From positions 133,426,001 to 133,490,000 of the forward strand of contig NC_058368.1 in the NCBI RefSeq assembly GCF_018350175.1: DNA of 64,000 bases. The letters are read 5' to 3'. The notes below the pieces were generated by a model. It saw nothing but the letters and a program-made list of their open reading frames with translations. It had not been told where the DNA came from and made no database searches. A program made the translations under genes and the position numbers. The DNA is from Felis catus (lineage: Eukaryota). Positions 1-12,578 of this stretch are shown here, in pieces (position 1 is the first letter of the stretch; each line of letters begins with the position of its first letter).

Positions 1-278
1 CCTGGTGGTTGTTGGACTGAGGGCCTCACTTCCTCACTGGGTTTGGGCCAGAGACCTCTTTCCGTTCCTTGCTACATGGGACTTCTCCATTGGGGATGAA
101 AGTCACAGTCTTTCTACCACATGATCTTGGAAGTGATAACCGTGATGTTTGCCACGTTGTCTTCATTAGGAGCCAGTCAGTAGGTCCAGCCCACGTTTAA
201 GGGGATAAATTACACAAGGGGATGAATAGGAGGAGGTGGTGATTGTTGGTGGCTATTTTAGTGGTTTGCTTACAACAG
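1..278 (-). mobile_element. MLT1-family (ERVL-MaLR) LTR fragment
   Basis: Degenerate GAAGTGATAACC...TTGCCAC...TACACAAGGGGATGAATAGGAGGAGG...GCTTACAACA resembles the reverse complement of an MLT1 5' end. Confidence 0.65.
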
Positions 279-669
279 CTATATTGTTGTATCTGGCACC
301 CTGTAAAATTCGCACTTTGAAGATACAGAAGTAAGGGATTGGAGAGATTAAATTTTTTGTTTCAAGGCCAGGATGCCAGCATACGCTGCGACTGGTTCTT
401 CAGCTTGGAATCTTTTCCCAAAAAACAATGAGGTCTAAGTGATGCTCGGATGCACACGGCATGAAGGACGTGTTCATTGTACCATATCACCTTGTATGGT
501 GTCATTTATAAAATCAGTATTGCATAGATATGTGTCCTGATGAATGATGGAATACTAATCTTAGTACCACATTCTTAGCTCTTTCTGGTCTTGTTTTCTT
601 TGTATGTATTTCCTTAGCTACAAAAATACGGTATAATATGAGAAACACATGTAAATAGTTTTCGAGTTT

Positions 670-857
670 GGGGTGCCTGGGTGGCTCAGTTGGGTAAGCG
701 TCCAACTCTTGATCACAGATCGAGCCCCGTATTTGGTTCCATGCTGACAGTGCGGAGCCTGCTTGGGATTCTGTCTCTTCGTCTTTGCCCCTCCCCGACT
801 TGTGTGCTTGCACGCTCACACACTCTCTCTGTCTTTGAAAATAAATGGAAAAAAAAC
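670..857 (+). mobile_element. CanSINE, internally deleted
   Basis: GGGGTGCCTGGGTGGCTCAG head, CT-rich tract, A-tail; degenerate TSD ATAGTTTTCGAGTTT/ATAGCTTTCAAGCTT. Confidence 0.9.
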
Positions 858-1186
858 ATAGCTTTCAAGCTTGAAAATCATCCGTCAGCTTAATTTCTAT
901 TGCTCCAAGCTTTTAAAAAATGGTTGCTCTCAGTTGCCTGAATCAGAACAATAAAGTAATAAAACTAATTTGTTGACAAAGCAGTTACAATTAGATTGTC
1001 TTTATTTCCAGAAACTCTGATAAAAATCCGTAAGTATCCATTTATCTATCTAAATATCCACGGTGCCTAAGAAACAGAATTCAGTCTTGAATGCGGCCTG
1101 AGAGATAATGACCTAGTTGTTTGGTTTTTTGACAGATAGTTGGTTCTTTGGTCCTAGTAGGTCTTAAGAGTCTACTTCCCTGAGTG

Positions 1187-1262
<76 letters not shown>

Positions 1263-1263
1263 T
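1187..1263. repeat. (CTTT)n microsatellite, about 19 units
   Basis: Perfect tetranucleotide run. Confidence 0.98.
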
Positions 1264-2877
1264 AAATGATGTGTTTACTTTTGGTGATTTGTTCATAAAC
1301 TAGGACTGCTTTTCACTTTGTTTCGGTTCTTTGAAACAATTTCTTTAAGGCAAACTTTTATTTTAGGCAAGTATTACTATTGCTTGCTTCACTCTTTGGA
1401 ATACCAGCTTTGTCTTGTCAGGGTGGATCCTGACGCTTTGAGAGGCCACGTGGCTCTGTTCTTTAGCACATCTTCTGGGAGTACTGTGTGTAGTACTCTA
1501 TGGTTGTTCAAAGGGCAGAGCTGTGCTAGACCCATACTAGTGTCTGAGTTGCTCATTCTGAAGATCAACCTCATTGAACTGGTGTCAAGAGTTAACAGTC
1601 GGTATAAGGACTTAGAGTTGTCACTAACACTCCTCTTTGGGTCTCCTCTCCCAGGGATGTAGTATACAGTGATCTGAGGCCAAGAATACATGTTAATTCC
1701 TAACCCCACTAAAACCCAGTGATTTCTTCCTTTTGGCTGTTGTTCTCCTTCTCTGTGGTAGAGGTGGCAGTTGTGGGAACTTGGGCGTTTTCAGTATTTG
1801 TCACTTCTCTGTTCTCACTGTTACTGCCCTAGTGACCGACAAATCTTTGTTGGTTTCTTGTCTCTCGTCCTTGGCTTGATACGTGGTTGACTGTAACTAG
1901 TAGGCTTATTTTCTCCCGTTGCCAGCGTCATACTCCCCACCGAACCTGTACAGGTTTTCTTGACCATGACATCAAATATAACAACTTCTTCATTGCAGTC
2001 AGGGCCCTTCCTAACCTGGCATTTGATCCACTGTTTCCAGCTCCCTAGCCACTGTCCTGAGCAGCATGAGTCTGCGTGTCATTTCTTCACAGGCCAGGTT
2101 TATTCACATCTCCTTCCTTGGCTTGTGCTTCGCCAGCTTCCTCTCGCTGTGGCATGCCATCTGCTCTCTTTCCCGGCCCGGATTTAATCCATCCACCAAA
2201 CACCAGCACGGGGGCTTCATCCATGTGACTTTGTCTGATGGCTGTGGTTGTTCATTCAGCTCTTCCAATCCTGATTCCTTTCCTATTGGGTGCTTATAAT
2301 CTATAGCATGCCTTTTCTGTATTTTTCTCCTGATAGTGTGTCTTGTGCCTCGAATGAATTGTAAGTTTATGAAATTCTAACCTTCCCAAACAATATGGGT
2401 CCTAAATGGTAAGTTCCATAATGGAGGACCCTGTCTGTTGTTGCCCCCTCCCCACCCCCATAGGGCCTGACTGAAGCACATAAGCATCTCAGGTTCCGTT
2501 AAAGGATTCTGCACATGCATAGTGAATACTTTTTGTTTGGCGAGACACTGTACTAAATATTTGTCCTCCATTGATGAATGGATGAATGAAGTGTCTGTCC
2601 TCATGGGGCTTGCAGTCTGGTCAGGGAGGCAAGCATTAAATAAATAATGTGGTAAATGCTATGAAGGAAATGGTGTGCTGTGTAACGAAGAATAGGGGGA
2701 CTTGGCATGGAACTGTCATGAGAGATTCTCTGGGAGATCATGTTTAATAAAGTACTGATGTTAAAGGTCTGTATAAAAAGTAGAAATACAGGATAATTCT
2801 CCACTAGGCATCCAGAAGGGAGAGTAGTATCCATCAAACATCATGGACCGTTAACTCTTTTTGAAAAGGCAACTTGA

Positions 2878-3106
2878 AGGGCGCCTGCGTGGCTCAGTCG
2901 GTGGGGCATCTGACTTTAGCTCAAGTCACGATGTCACAGTTTGTGGGCTCAAGCCCCGCATCGGGATCAGAGCTGCTGTCAGCTCGGAGCCTGGAGCCTG
3001 CTTTGGATTCTGTGTCTGCCTTTCATTCTGTCCCTCCCCAACTCATGCTGTGTTTCTCTCTCTCTCAAAAATGAATAAACATTGAAAAGATTTAAAAAAA
3101 AAAAAT
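2878..3106 (+). mobile_element. CanSINE (felid type)
   Basis: GGGCGCCTGCGTGGCTCAG head; TSD AAAAGGCAACTTGA/AAAAGGCAACCTGA. Confidence 0.93.
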
Positions 3107-3136
3107 AAAAAGGCAACCTGAGGTGGTTTGATTCTA

Positions 3137-3206
3137 AAGGACTGTGCTTGCTACGGGGTAGGTAATCTCTCAAGGACTGTGTTTGCTACGGGGTGGGTAA
3201 TCTCTC
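3137..3206. repeat. 35-bp tandem duplication (2 copies)
   Basis: AAGGACTGTGCTTGCTACGGGGTAGGTAATCTCTC followed by AAGGACTGTGTTTGCTACGGGGTGGGTAATCTCTC (2 mismatches). Confidence 0.93.
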
Positions 3207-3819
3207 AGGAACTTTGTGAAGGGACTGAGGACCCAGTAATGGTGATGGGGTGGTCAGAGAGGAGACAGGAAGGGGGCTTGAGGACAAGCGCTGCAGAAGG
3301 TGCCTCCTGGCAACTGTTGACAGAGAGAAGAGATGAAGAGGAGAGAGAAAGGTTCAGGCGGCAAGGGAGATGGGAAAAAAATTAAAGGTTTAATTGTAGA
3401 ATTACTCTTTCAGTACAAATTAAGTAGCAGAGGTAGAAATGGATAGAGGAAAGAATAACTTAATCATTGTATCCACATACCATTTTATTGGAACAAATAC
3501 ATTTTCATGTTGCTGGTAGGTGGGTTTATTCACATTTATTTATTTATTTATTTATTTATTTATGTATTTTTAAAGCTGAAAACCAGATTCAGCAGAGAGA
3601 CGAGAGAATCACAAAATTAAGTGTGGACAGTCTGGATTGCTAGCATGTGCTTTCTCTTGATTTAAGATGTTTAGTGACTAAGCGAATACTTCATGATTTC
3701 CTTTCATTTAGTTTTTAGAGGAATTTCTAAACAAATCCTGGTCTGTCCACTTCGTTGCATTGATCTGATGGGTTTTGATGAAAATCTGTAGAACGAGTTG
3801 TAATGGTATATTTTTCAAT

Positions 3820-3960
3820 AGCAATGATAACCGCTAGTATTTATTGAGTGCTTTACTAAATGCTAGGCCTTGAGCTAATTTGTTACTTGATTTAACCTTC
3901 ACCACCAACAGTCACCCTGTGAGGCAGACAATGCTTTCAGTCCTTTGAGTCAGCTCAGAC
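3820..3960 (-). mobile_element. MIR fragment
   Basis: TTTATTGAGTGCTTTACTAAATGCTAGGC...CACCCTGTGAGGCAG. Confidence 0.6.
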
Positions 3961-4081
3961 ATATTGCAATATAATTGAAGTTTTGGAACGTTGTTGTTAA
4001 ACAACTGAAGGCCTAAAACTGCCTTCAGTGTTAGGGTATTAATGATTTCGTTAGAAGATTGCCACGTTTTGAAAATACTTA

Positions 4082-4296
4082 GGGGCGCCTGGGTGGCTCA
4101 GTCAATCGAGTGTCTGACTCCGGTTCAGGTCATGATCTCACGGTTCATGAGTTTGAGGCCCACATCAGGCTGTCTGCCCTCAGTGCAGAGCCTGCTTTGG
4201 GATCCTCTGTCTCCCTCTCTCTCTGACCCTCCCCTGCTAGTGCTTGCCCTCGCTCTTTCAAAAATAAATAAACATTAAAAAATAATAAGTAAAAAT
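4082..4296 (+). mobile_element. CanSINE
   Basis: GGGGCGCCTGGGTGGCTCAG head, CT tract, AAAATAAATAAACATT tail. Confidence 0.95.
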
Positions 4297-7074
4297 AAAA
4301 ATACCTCTTAAATTTAGAAGTCACGGAACTTTGAGAGAAAAATAGGCTTGATCATATTGTAGTTGCAGGGGCTGACGGGACCGGGAAGTCAACTGGATTT
4401 ATTTAAGTTCTGTAGCTAGGTGGTGGCCAAGCTGGAACTAGAATCCAGGAATTTACTTCCCAGTCCAAGATAAGGTAAAGAGACCATTTTAGAAACCGGA
4501 AGTTGCTAAGAAGAGCAGTGAGCAGTAAACGTGGATATGAAGAGATGCTGTTTCTAGGAGAGAAATTGCCAAAAACTTGATGTGAGGCAACCTTTGGTCC
4601 CAAGTTTACTTTTCAGGAAAGCTGCCTTGGTTTGGCTGCAGCCTGCCCTTGCAGCAAATGCTCAAACTAGGGTGTTCTGAGAGAGAATACAAAGAAAGCA
4701 TTCCCAGTAGTTTCTCGAATCTCAAGGACCTCGTCCCCCATGTCCCAGGTTGGGACACAGGGTGCATCACTTCCCGATTATTCCATACCTCCTCGTGTGT
4801 CATAATGCGGTGTGAAGCCCCTGTGGGATTCGCTCATTAACAAACAGGCCCAGCCAGCTGAAGTGTGGTATCCCTTTGCTGAGTCCTTTTTTTTTTTTTT
4901 TTTTAACTTAGGAAATATTTGTGGAAAATTTAAGCCCTTAGAAATTTATTGGCTTTGATAATCCACTAGTGGTGTATGAAAGTTGGGAATGCCATTTTGA
5001 AGGAGATGAGCCAAGAACCAGGTAATGATGCAAGTGGTGCCCATGGCTTTTCTGAGGCAAGAAAGGCAGTCTCGGTGAAGGCGGCCACTAATGGGCCAAA
5101 CGCCTGGAGGTGAGATCTCGGGAGAAGGGGCCATCTGAGGGTAGGGGCCATCTCTGCTATGTACTTAATAATGGGCCCCTGCTCAGGGTTTGTCTTTCTT
5201 TTTTAAAAAAAAACCCTGAAATATGAATGCTGTCTGTACATTATCTTTCCTAAGCTTTGTCTTCTCTAGCATATTTGCCTCAGAAATGGCCTGTTTGCTT
5301 GCTGATGAGTTTGGGAATGTTGTTAAATCCCGCTTCATTATATTCCACATTTAACCCTTTTCCATTTATTCCGTAATTGAAATAGCTTCCTGGGTATGTT
5401 CACTCTGTTTAACAGTGGAAAATAAGCTTGTGCGTATCACCCATCAGTCACAGGGTTATCTGGTCTTTTGTAATTGGGGAAGAGGAAGCCCTGAGGAATA
5501 TTGATGAGAAGACAATGTGGGTGGGAGTCTAGATTGGATTGAAGAAACTCTGATAACCTCGCTTGATGAGGTTCACTGGTTTTTTCCATGTAATGGAGAG
5601 GCCATTCTCAGATAGTCTGTTTTATTAGCTAAATGAATGCTTTTTGCATTGCAAGCGCATCTTCTTGCTTATGTGACTTGACTTCATGAAAAAAGAATAC
5701 CTCTCACTTTTAAAGTACTCAAATGTGTGAGGCTCACATACATTTTATAAATTACTAAATGAAATGTTTTCCTTTTCTAGTGCCTTGGAAAGGAAAAATG
5801 CTTTTGTTCATACCTGTGAGATCTAATTCTTGGTTATATAATGCATGTAAGTTCAAATATTGGATATATTGGCTGCATTTTTCCCTGAGCAAAATTGAAT
5901 TTTGAGAGCTCACCTGTCTTATTTTGCATGGTGGTATCCAATATCTGTTGATTTCATGTATGTATTTTTACAGTGGTAGAGTAAATATTATTCACTATCT
6001 TTCTAAGAAGGTATGTTAAGGTAAGACCCTTAAAAGAAAAATGTTTGTTCCAGAGGTTTTATTAAATTATTTCTACTTTATGGACCAGCTGCTGATCACC
6101 TGCATGATACTGAACTGTCTTCACCTTTTATTAATGACTGAATTTATTTGCTATTCATTATTGTTTGGTATTTAGATGTCCAGCCTGAATCGATAGGCTA
6201 TCTAGTTTACTGGGTGACAAGCATAGATAAAAATTATTGTTGTCTTAACTGAAGACACTGTCTTACACCAAGAAGAATATCTTCAGTGTCTCTAATAGTT
6301 TAGCAGTCTGCAGACTGATCACAATCAGACAATGCCCCTACACCCCTTCCTATTCTAATTGTATCCTCATAAAATAAATATAATGCTACCCTCATATTGC
6401 CTGGAGAAGAAATTACAGATTCTGTATTAATGTGCTAATATTCTGTTTCTCTCCGATTCAGTAGCAATTTTTTTCTTGAGCATCTTATAACAAAGTGAGG
6501 TCGGTATTTGTAGTCTAATTCCCCGTATACATTTCCAGTTAATCGAATTTTGCTTTTGTAAATGTATGGTCCGGAATGAAAGATGCATGTGTAAGTACTA
6601 TCAGCAAGGGAAGTTTAATTTCCATTCAGCTGGAGTTCGGCTTATTTCTATATGCTCTTTCTTCCTCCTTTGCTGCCTGTCATTTTCCTTGTTAACCATG
6701 AACATGATGGGGAATGTGCCGTGGTTACTGATGGGTATATGGGTTCTTTGGTCTATCCCAATGTGATAGAACATAGAAACAGTTAAAAAATGGAAACCAC
6801 TCCCCGCAGAAGATGGCAAAACAGAAAATAAAAGAGGAAGGTAAAAAGTTGAGGGATACTTTGTTTAAAAAAATGTCCGTAGTTCTCTTGTTTGGGGGAG
6901 TAGGTTTGTGTTAAACCAGGCAAAGAATGATTGCATTCCTGTTCAGTGTCTGCCTGTGGACATTTATCTACTGGGGACTAGAAAGCTTTGGATTATCACT
7001 TTGCATTTTCAGTGCATGGTGCTGCTGCCCTTGCTGCCCCTTGAGAACCAGCTCATCACATATGAAGAGAAGTA

Positions 7075-7293
7075 TTTAAAAAAAAATTTTTTTTTTAGTG
7101 TTTATTTTTGAGGGAGAGACAGAGTATAAGTGGGGGAAGGGTAGAGAGAGAGAGGGAGACACAGAATATGAAGCAGGTTCCAGGCTGTGAGCTGTCAGTA
7201 CAGAGCCTGACATAGGGCTCGAACCCACAGACCATGGGATCATGACCTGAGTCGAAGCTGGACGCTCAGCTGACCGAGCCACCTAGGCGCCCC
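7075..7293 (-). mobile_element. CanSINE
   Basis: Ends GCCACCTAGGCGCCCC; TSD TGAAGAGAAGTA/TGAAGAGAACTA. Confidence 0.95.
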
Positions 7294-8799
7294 TGAAGAG
7301 AACTAGTACTTGGAATATCAATAGTGTATAGGTAGAGCCGGGGAATAGGAATAGATGAATATAAGCTACGTTATTCCACTTTTAAAATTTTCATTATGAA
7401 AATACATAGGTTAAATGGTTGGTCTTTAGTCACAATTGTGAACATACCCTTGATGGTCCAGCTAACCATTGCAGGTGGGCCTGTCTAGACCAAAACAAAA
7501 TGTAGTTTCGTTCTGGAGAAAACAAGGGCTCACAAAGACTGGGCTGCTTCCAACAAGATTTTATGTAAGTTTAACTGTTAATTGTAGAACGGTTATGGAG
7601 GTTTTTTTTTTTTTCTCTTTTTAAATCAATATCAAATTAAAGCTAAGCAAGTGGAATTGTCAAGGCAACAGCATATAGTCCTTCAAGAAAACGCTGTACT
7701 GGAAGAGAACTAGTAACTGATATTTTTAAACTGTACTTGGAGAAAAGTGGTCTTTTGTTTAAAAAAAAAAAAAAGGCATTATGAACCTGCAGGGTATGGT
7801 GGGAAAAAGCCTGGTCTTTGAGTCCAGACACTGTGTCTCTTCCGGGTCCATCATTCCCTCATATTTGCATACCCCTTAGTTACCAGACAGCGTGTCCCGG
7901 CTCAGAATGGCAGTAACAAGTAGGAAATTGTACCGCGACAGCTGCATGCAAGGTAGGTAGGTGGGAAAGCTATTCCTGTCTGGTAGCTGGGGAGTAGCCA
8001 GGAGGGGACTTGAACTCAAGTCCTCCCATTTCGAATCTGTTACCTGTGATAAACCACATTGCCATGTAGTATCCATCTCATCTGGATGTTGTAGCCTAAT
8101 CAGACCACGTACATGCAAGCTAATGCTAACAGGCATTTTGAATGGCCCTGACATCCAGGATTAAAAGATGTCTAGGCCAAATGGTGAGCAAAACAAGTCT
8201 TTATTTTCCCATGCAGATTATATTTAAAGTCAACTGAGCTTTATATATGTCCTATAGGTTCTAACTTAAATGTTGATTGATTTTCCTATGATATTGGTTA
8301 TAGTGAATGCCTTTATGTAGTCATTGAGTCATGTAGTCATTCAGAAAACTGTGATCAATTATATTTCCATGTTTTTCATAGACTCGAGGGATGCAAAGAG
8401 GAAGAAAGCATAGTCTTCATGAGTAGTTTATAGCCCGTAAGAAATACCAAACAGATGATTCTAAGGCTGTATAGGTTATGCTGTAGTAAAGGTGGAAATA
8501 AAGTCCCTTGGGATAATCTTCAGAGAGAAGGTATTGGTTCTGGGTCTTACAGGGTCAGCAGGAGTTGTTTGGGTGGGAACTGATGGAAGCATGGCCTTGG
8601 CATATGGCACCGTGCTTGTGAAGTCAGAGACGTGGTTTATCATTGTGCATTGCTCAGGGTTTGGGAATCACGGTGCAATTTGATGTGTGTGAACAGTAGC
8701 CTCTTGCTTCTCCCAAACCAAAAGTCTGTTGGATGGTAAAAGCCAAGCCTCAACTCCTTTCCTGCCTTACGGTGATGAGGACTTATTTAAAGAACATGT

Positions 8800-9025
8800 A
8801 AAAAAAATTGCTTTTTAATGTTTGTTTTTGAGAGAGAGACAGAGAGACAGAGAGAGTGCGCAAGCAAGGGAAGGGTAGAGAGAGGGGGAGATGCAGAGTC
8901 CAAAGCAGGCTCCAGGCTCTGAGCTGTCAGCACAGAGCCCGATGTGGGTCTCGAGCCCACGAACCGTGAGATCATGACCTGAGCCAAAGTCGGAGGCTTA
9001 ATTGAGTGATCCACCCAGGCACACC
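8800..9025 (-). mobile_element. CanSINE
   Basis: GAGATCATGACCTGAGCCAAAGTCGG core; TSD TAAAGAACAT/TAAAGAATAT. Confidence 0.95.
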
Positions 9026-9313
9026 TAAAGAATATTTTTGAGTGTTTAATGAAACATCACTATGTTGTGTGCAGCACAAATGGAAATTTGTGATAAATGT
9101 AGTAAGGCTGGCCTGACTTGCTGATTGTGGTGTAGGAAATACTGTCTTCATGTCACAGGCCAATGGTTTTTGCAAGCTTTGGGAAGGATCTTAATTTTTG
9201 AAATTCATTTGTTTTTGGATGGCAGCAAATAGGTTGGAAATACTTTTTGTAAGTAACTGTTTTGTTTATTACCAGGATAGAAGTGATACTGTTAAATTTT
9301 TTCATTCAGACTC

Positions 9314-9477
9314 ATACTTACCTGGCAGGGGAGATACCATGATCAGGAAGGTGGTTTTCCCAGGGTGAGGCTTATCCATTGCACTCGGGATGTGCTGACT
9401 CCTGCGATTTCCCCAAATGTGGGAAACTCGACTGCATAATTTGTGGTAGTGGGGGACTGCGTTAGCGCTTTCCCCTT
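9314..9477 (+). pseudogene. RNU1: Full-length processed U1 snRNA pseudogene (retrocopy)
   Basis: ATACTTACCTGGCAGGGGAGATACCATGATCAGGAAGG...AATTTGTGGTAGTGGGGGACTGCGTTAGCGCTTTCCCCT aligns without gaps over 164 nt to mammalian U1 (about 6 substitutions vs the human sequence as I recall it). It is followed by an A-tail (9479-9491) and flanked by a TSD AAA(T)6-8CATTCAGACTC at 9294-9313 and 9489-9510. Confidence 0.96.
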
Positions 9478-9602
9478 TAAAAAAAAAAAAATTTTTTTTC
9501 ATTCAGACTCCTGAGTAGTCGTGCTTGGATTTCCCAACCCCAGCATGAATTTTTTGAGTTAATTGAGTGAAAGAATATATGTTCTAAACAGTTTAATTTC
9601 TC

Positions 9603-9847
9603 GGGGTCCCTGGGTAGTTGAGTTGGTTAAGCATCCGACTTTGGCTCAGGTCATGATCTCACCTTTCTTGAGTTCAAGCCCCACATCGGGCTCTGTGCTG
9701 ACAGCTCGCAGTCTGAAGCCTGCTTGGGATTCTGTGTCTCCCTCTCTCTGTCCTTTCCCTGCTGGCCTTCTGTTTCTCTCCCTCTCCCTCTCCCTTTCTC
9801 TCCAAAATGAATAAACATTTAAAAAAAAAAAAAACAAAAAGAAAAAA
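9603..9847 (+). mobile_element. CanSINE
   Basis: tRNA-like head, A-tail; TSD AAACAGTTTAATTTCTC on both sides. Confidence 0.95.
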
Positions 9848-9950
9848 AAACAGTTTAATTTCTCTCAGCACCAGACAAGTAGTATCTCAGTACTGTTGCC
9901 TGGCTAAAATGTGTAAAATGAGATATTGGTATTAGTTTGTTTTTATTTTC

Positions 9951-10181
9951 TGTTTTTTCCTTTTTTTTTTTCTTCAACGTTTTTATTTTTATTTTTGGGA
10001 CAGAGAGAGACAGAGCATGAACAGGGGAGGGGCAGAGAGAGAGGGAGACACAGAATAGGAAACAGGCTCCAGGCTCTGAGCCATCAGCCCAGAGCCTGAC
10101 GTGGGGCTCGAACTCATGGACCGCGAGATCGTGACCTGGCTGAAGTCAGACGCTTAACCGACTGCGCCACCCAGGCGCCCC
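9951..10181 (-). mobile_element. Young SINEC_Fc-type SINE
   Basis: Diagnostic GCCATCAGCCCAGAG and GTGACCTGGCTGAAGTC...ACTGCGCCACCCAGGCGCCCC; TSD TGTTTTTATTT. Confidence 0.95.
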
Positions 10182-10244
10182 TGTTTTTATTTCCTAAGTA
10201 TACCAAGTTATTAAGCTTAAAAAAAGCCCTCCTAAAGGATACTA

Positions 10245-10394
10245 TTTTTTTTTAATGTTTAATTTTTAGAGAGTGCTAGTGGGGGAGGGCCAGAGAGAGA
10301 GAGGGAGACAGTGCAGGGCTCGAAGTCACAAGCCTCAAGAACATGACCAGAGCCAAAGTCTGATGCTTAACCGAATGAGCCACCCAGGTGCCCC
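10245..10394 (-). mobile_element. CanSINE with an internal deletion of about 50 nt
   Basis: GGGAGACAG is joined directly to TGCAGGGCTCGAA; the usual AATCCGAAGCAGGCTCCAGG...GAGCC segment is missing. Confidence 0.9.
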
Positions 10395-10451
10395 AAGGAA
10401 AGCCCTACAAAAAGCCCTTATTTCTTAGGATCCTTTAGTCCCTACTAATAA

Positions 10452-11215
10452 CTGTATCAATTAGGATTCAGCTTAGTGTTAAGAGATACAACCTGGAGGG
10501 GCACCTGGGTGGCTCAGTCAGTTAACATCTAAGCATCCACCTTCAACTCAGGTCATGATCTTTTGGTTGGTGAGTTCGAGCTCTGCTTTGGGCACTGTGC
10601 TGACAGCTCAGAGCCTGGAGCCTGCTTTCGGTTCTGGGTCTCTTTCTCTGCCCCTTCCCTGCTCGTGCTGTCTCTCTCAAAAAATAAATAAATGTTAAAG
10701 AAAAATTAAAAAAACATTGAGATACAACCTGGAATCAGTGGCTGTAACCTAGAAGCTCTGTTTTTCTCCCCGACGGATAAAGCTAGGTAGGCAGTGTATA
10801 CTTAATACAGTGACTCTGTACAGGGTCAGTATATACTTAATACAGGGACTCTGGTGTTCCCTCAGGGATCCATACCTTTGTCAGCTTATTGTCCCCATCC
10901 TAGGTGTGTGCATGTGCCCTCATGGACCTAGGATGCTTGCTCTTGCTTCAGGATGCCTCTGCATTCCCAGCAAGACAAAGGATATGGGTAACACACATTC
11001 CTGCTGTCTGTCTGACTAGAACCTACCGAACCACTTGATTGTTCCTGTCACTTGACAGAAATGTTATATGGCCTTTCCTTGTTGCAAAGGAGTCCAGAGA
11101 GTGTAGATTTCTTTTTTCTTTAGTGGTGCCTATTGCTGTTCTGAGATAAATCTGGACTTGGCTAGTGAGAAAGAAAAATGACTATCTGGTTGGCAACTGT
11201 AATGTATTACCCTAC
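10452..11215 (-). mobile_element. MLT1 (J/K-like) LTR interrupted by a SINE
   Basis: TGTATCAATTAGGATTCAG start; CAGTGGCT..., TATGGCCTTTCCTTGTTGCAAAGGAGTC motifs. Confidence 0.6.
10498..10718 (+). mobile_element. CanSINE inserted in the MLT1
   Basis: Perfect TSD GAGATACAACCTGGA at 10483-10497 and 10719-10733. Confidence 0.95.
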
Positions 11216-11865
11216 CCAATCTAAGGATCTTCAAGTATGCTTATTCAGAGCCTGGATCTTGTATTCAGAGCTTAGAGATGGAATTAATATTCCTTCCAGC
11301 AAGAGGTTGGACCGAAAAAGAAAATGCAAATAAAGCTAAAGTAGACACCTGTATTTGCCTTTAATAAATTGGGAAATCAAACAGGCTACACAAAGAATTT
11401 CTTAGTATTTTTAACTGAAGGGTGTGTTCTCAAATATTTAGCAAAATGGAATTCCAAGAGCCAGTGTCAATTTTAGGTTTACCTAGTTTTTATTTGGAAA
11501 GCAACAGCAGCAAATAATAATACTCTCTTTTATAAGCTTGCTTCCCCCTGCCCGCCGCCCCCCCCCCCCCCCCAAAAATACACTGAATGGTAACTGAGTC
11601 AAAAGGGAGCCCTCAGTTTAGGTGATAGTTTTCATTGGTGGTGATAATCACAGTAGGTCTGTTTGCCCTATACTGTGCATGCTATTCAGGGTACTATTTG
11701 ACCCTTCAGGCTTTTTTCTTTTCTTCTTCTTGTTTTAAACACTTAAAATGTATCAGGCACTTTTTTTAGGCTCTAGGGATACAGCAGCGAAGAAAATAGA
11801 CAAAATTCTCTGCCCTCAGAATTTGTAATTTAGAGTGTTATGTAAGCTCTTCATAATCTAACAAT

Positions 11866-12080
11866 TGTTTATTTTATTTTAATTTTTTAAAATGTTTTAT
11901 TTATTTTTGAGAGAGAGAGAGAGAGAGGAGGGGAAGAGCAGAGAGAGAGTGAGACACAGAATCCAAAGCAGGCTCCAGGCTCTGAGCTGTCAGCACAGAA
12001 CCCGAAGCGGGGCTTGAACCGACGAACTGTGAGATCATGACCCAAGCCAAAGTCGGATGCTCAACCGACTCAGGCGACCC
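11866..12080 (-). mobile_element. CanSINE
   Basis: GCAGGCTCCAGGCTCTGAGCTGTCAGCACAG core. Confidence 0.93.
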
Positions 12081-12366
12081 GAAAAGTATTTTTTTCTTCT
12101 GACATATTATTCTCTTTCCCTTCTTAGGTCCCTTTACAAGCATATACATTCCTGTATATGTATGTGTAGACATATGATTCCATACACACGCAGACACATA
12201 CACACACAGATATCTATATCCTCACAGGTTGCTCATATATACCTATTTCAAGTAAAAATGAGATTTTGAAGGAGATTTGAAGCTAAATTCAACAAAATAA
12301 ACACTCAAGCCCTTCTATTTCTAGAGTATTTGAAATACTCAACTGACTGAACCAACCAGGCGCCCC

Positions 12367-12578
12367 TGTTTTATTTTAGCGAGAGTATGAGCAGGGTAGA
12401 GGGGCAGTAGGAGAGAGACAGAGAGAGACGACAGAGAGAATGTGCCAGAGAGAATTCCAAGCAGGCCCCATGTCTAGCACTGAACACAATGCAGGGCTTG
12501 ATCCCATGCCCTTGGGATTATGACCTGAGCTGAAATCAAGAATGGGATGTTCAAACAACTGAGGCACCAAGGTGCCCC
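12367..12578 (-). mobile_element. Older CanSINE (SINEC_b-like), preceded by an isolated SINE head fragment at 12338-12366
   Basis: CCTTGGGATTATGACCTGAGCTGAAATCAAG core; ends GGTGCCCC. Confidence 0.88.

Noticed and set aside
1081..1296. KERK-repeat ORF
   Set aside because: Translation of the (CTTT)n microsatellite
2861..3085. Recurring peptide family (AQVMISRF...GSVLTAQSLEPA) across many ORFs
   Set aside because: These are CanSINE translations, not a paralogous gene family
6690..6846. Purine-rich segment ending GAGGAAG|GTAAAA as a possible coding exon
   Set aside because: Stops occur shortly upstream in the frames checked, there is no clear acceptor, the donor is weak and the peptide is not recognisable
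9314..9477. Functional U1 gene
   Set aside because: The A-tail and TSD, the absence of PSE/3' box, and mutations in the 70K loop and UUCG loop indicate a retrocopy
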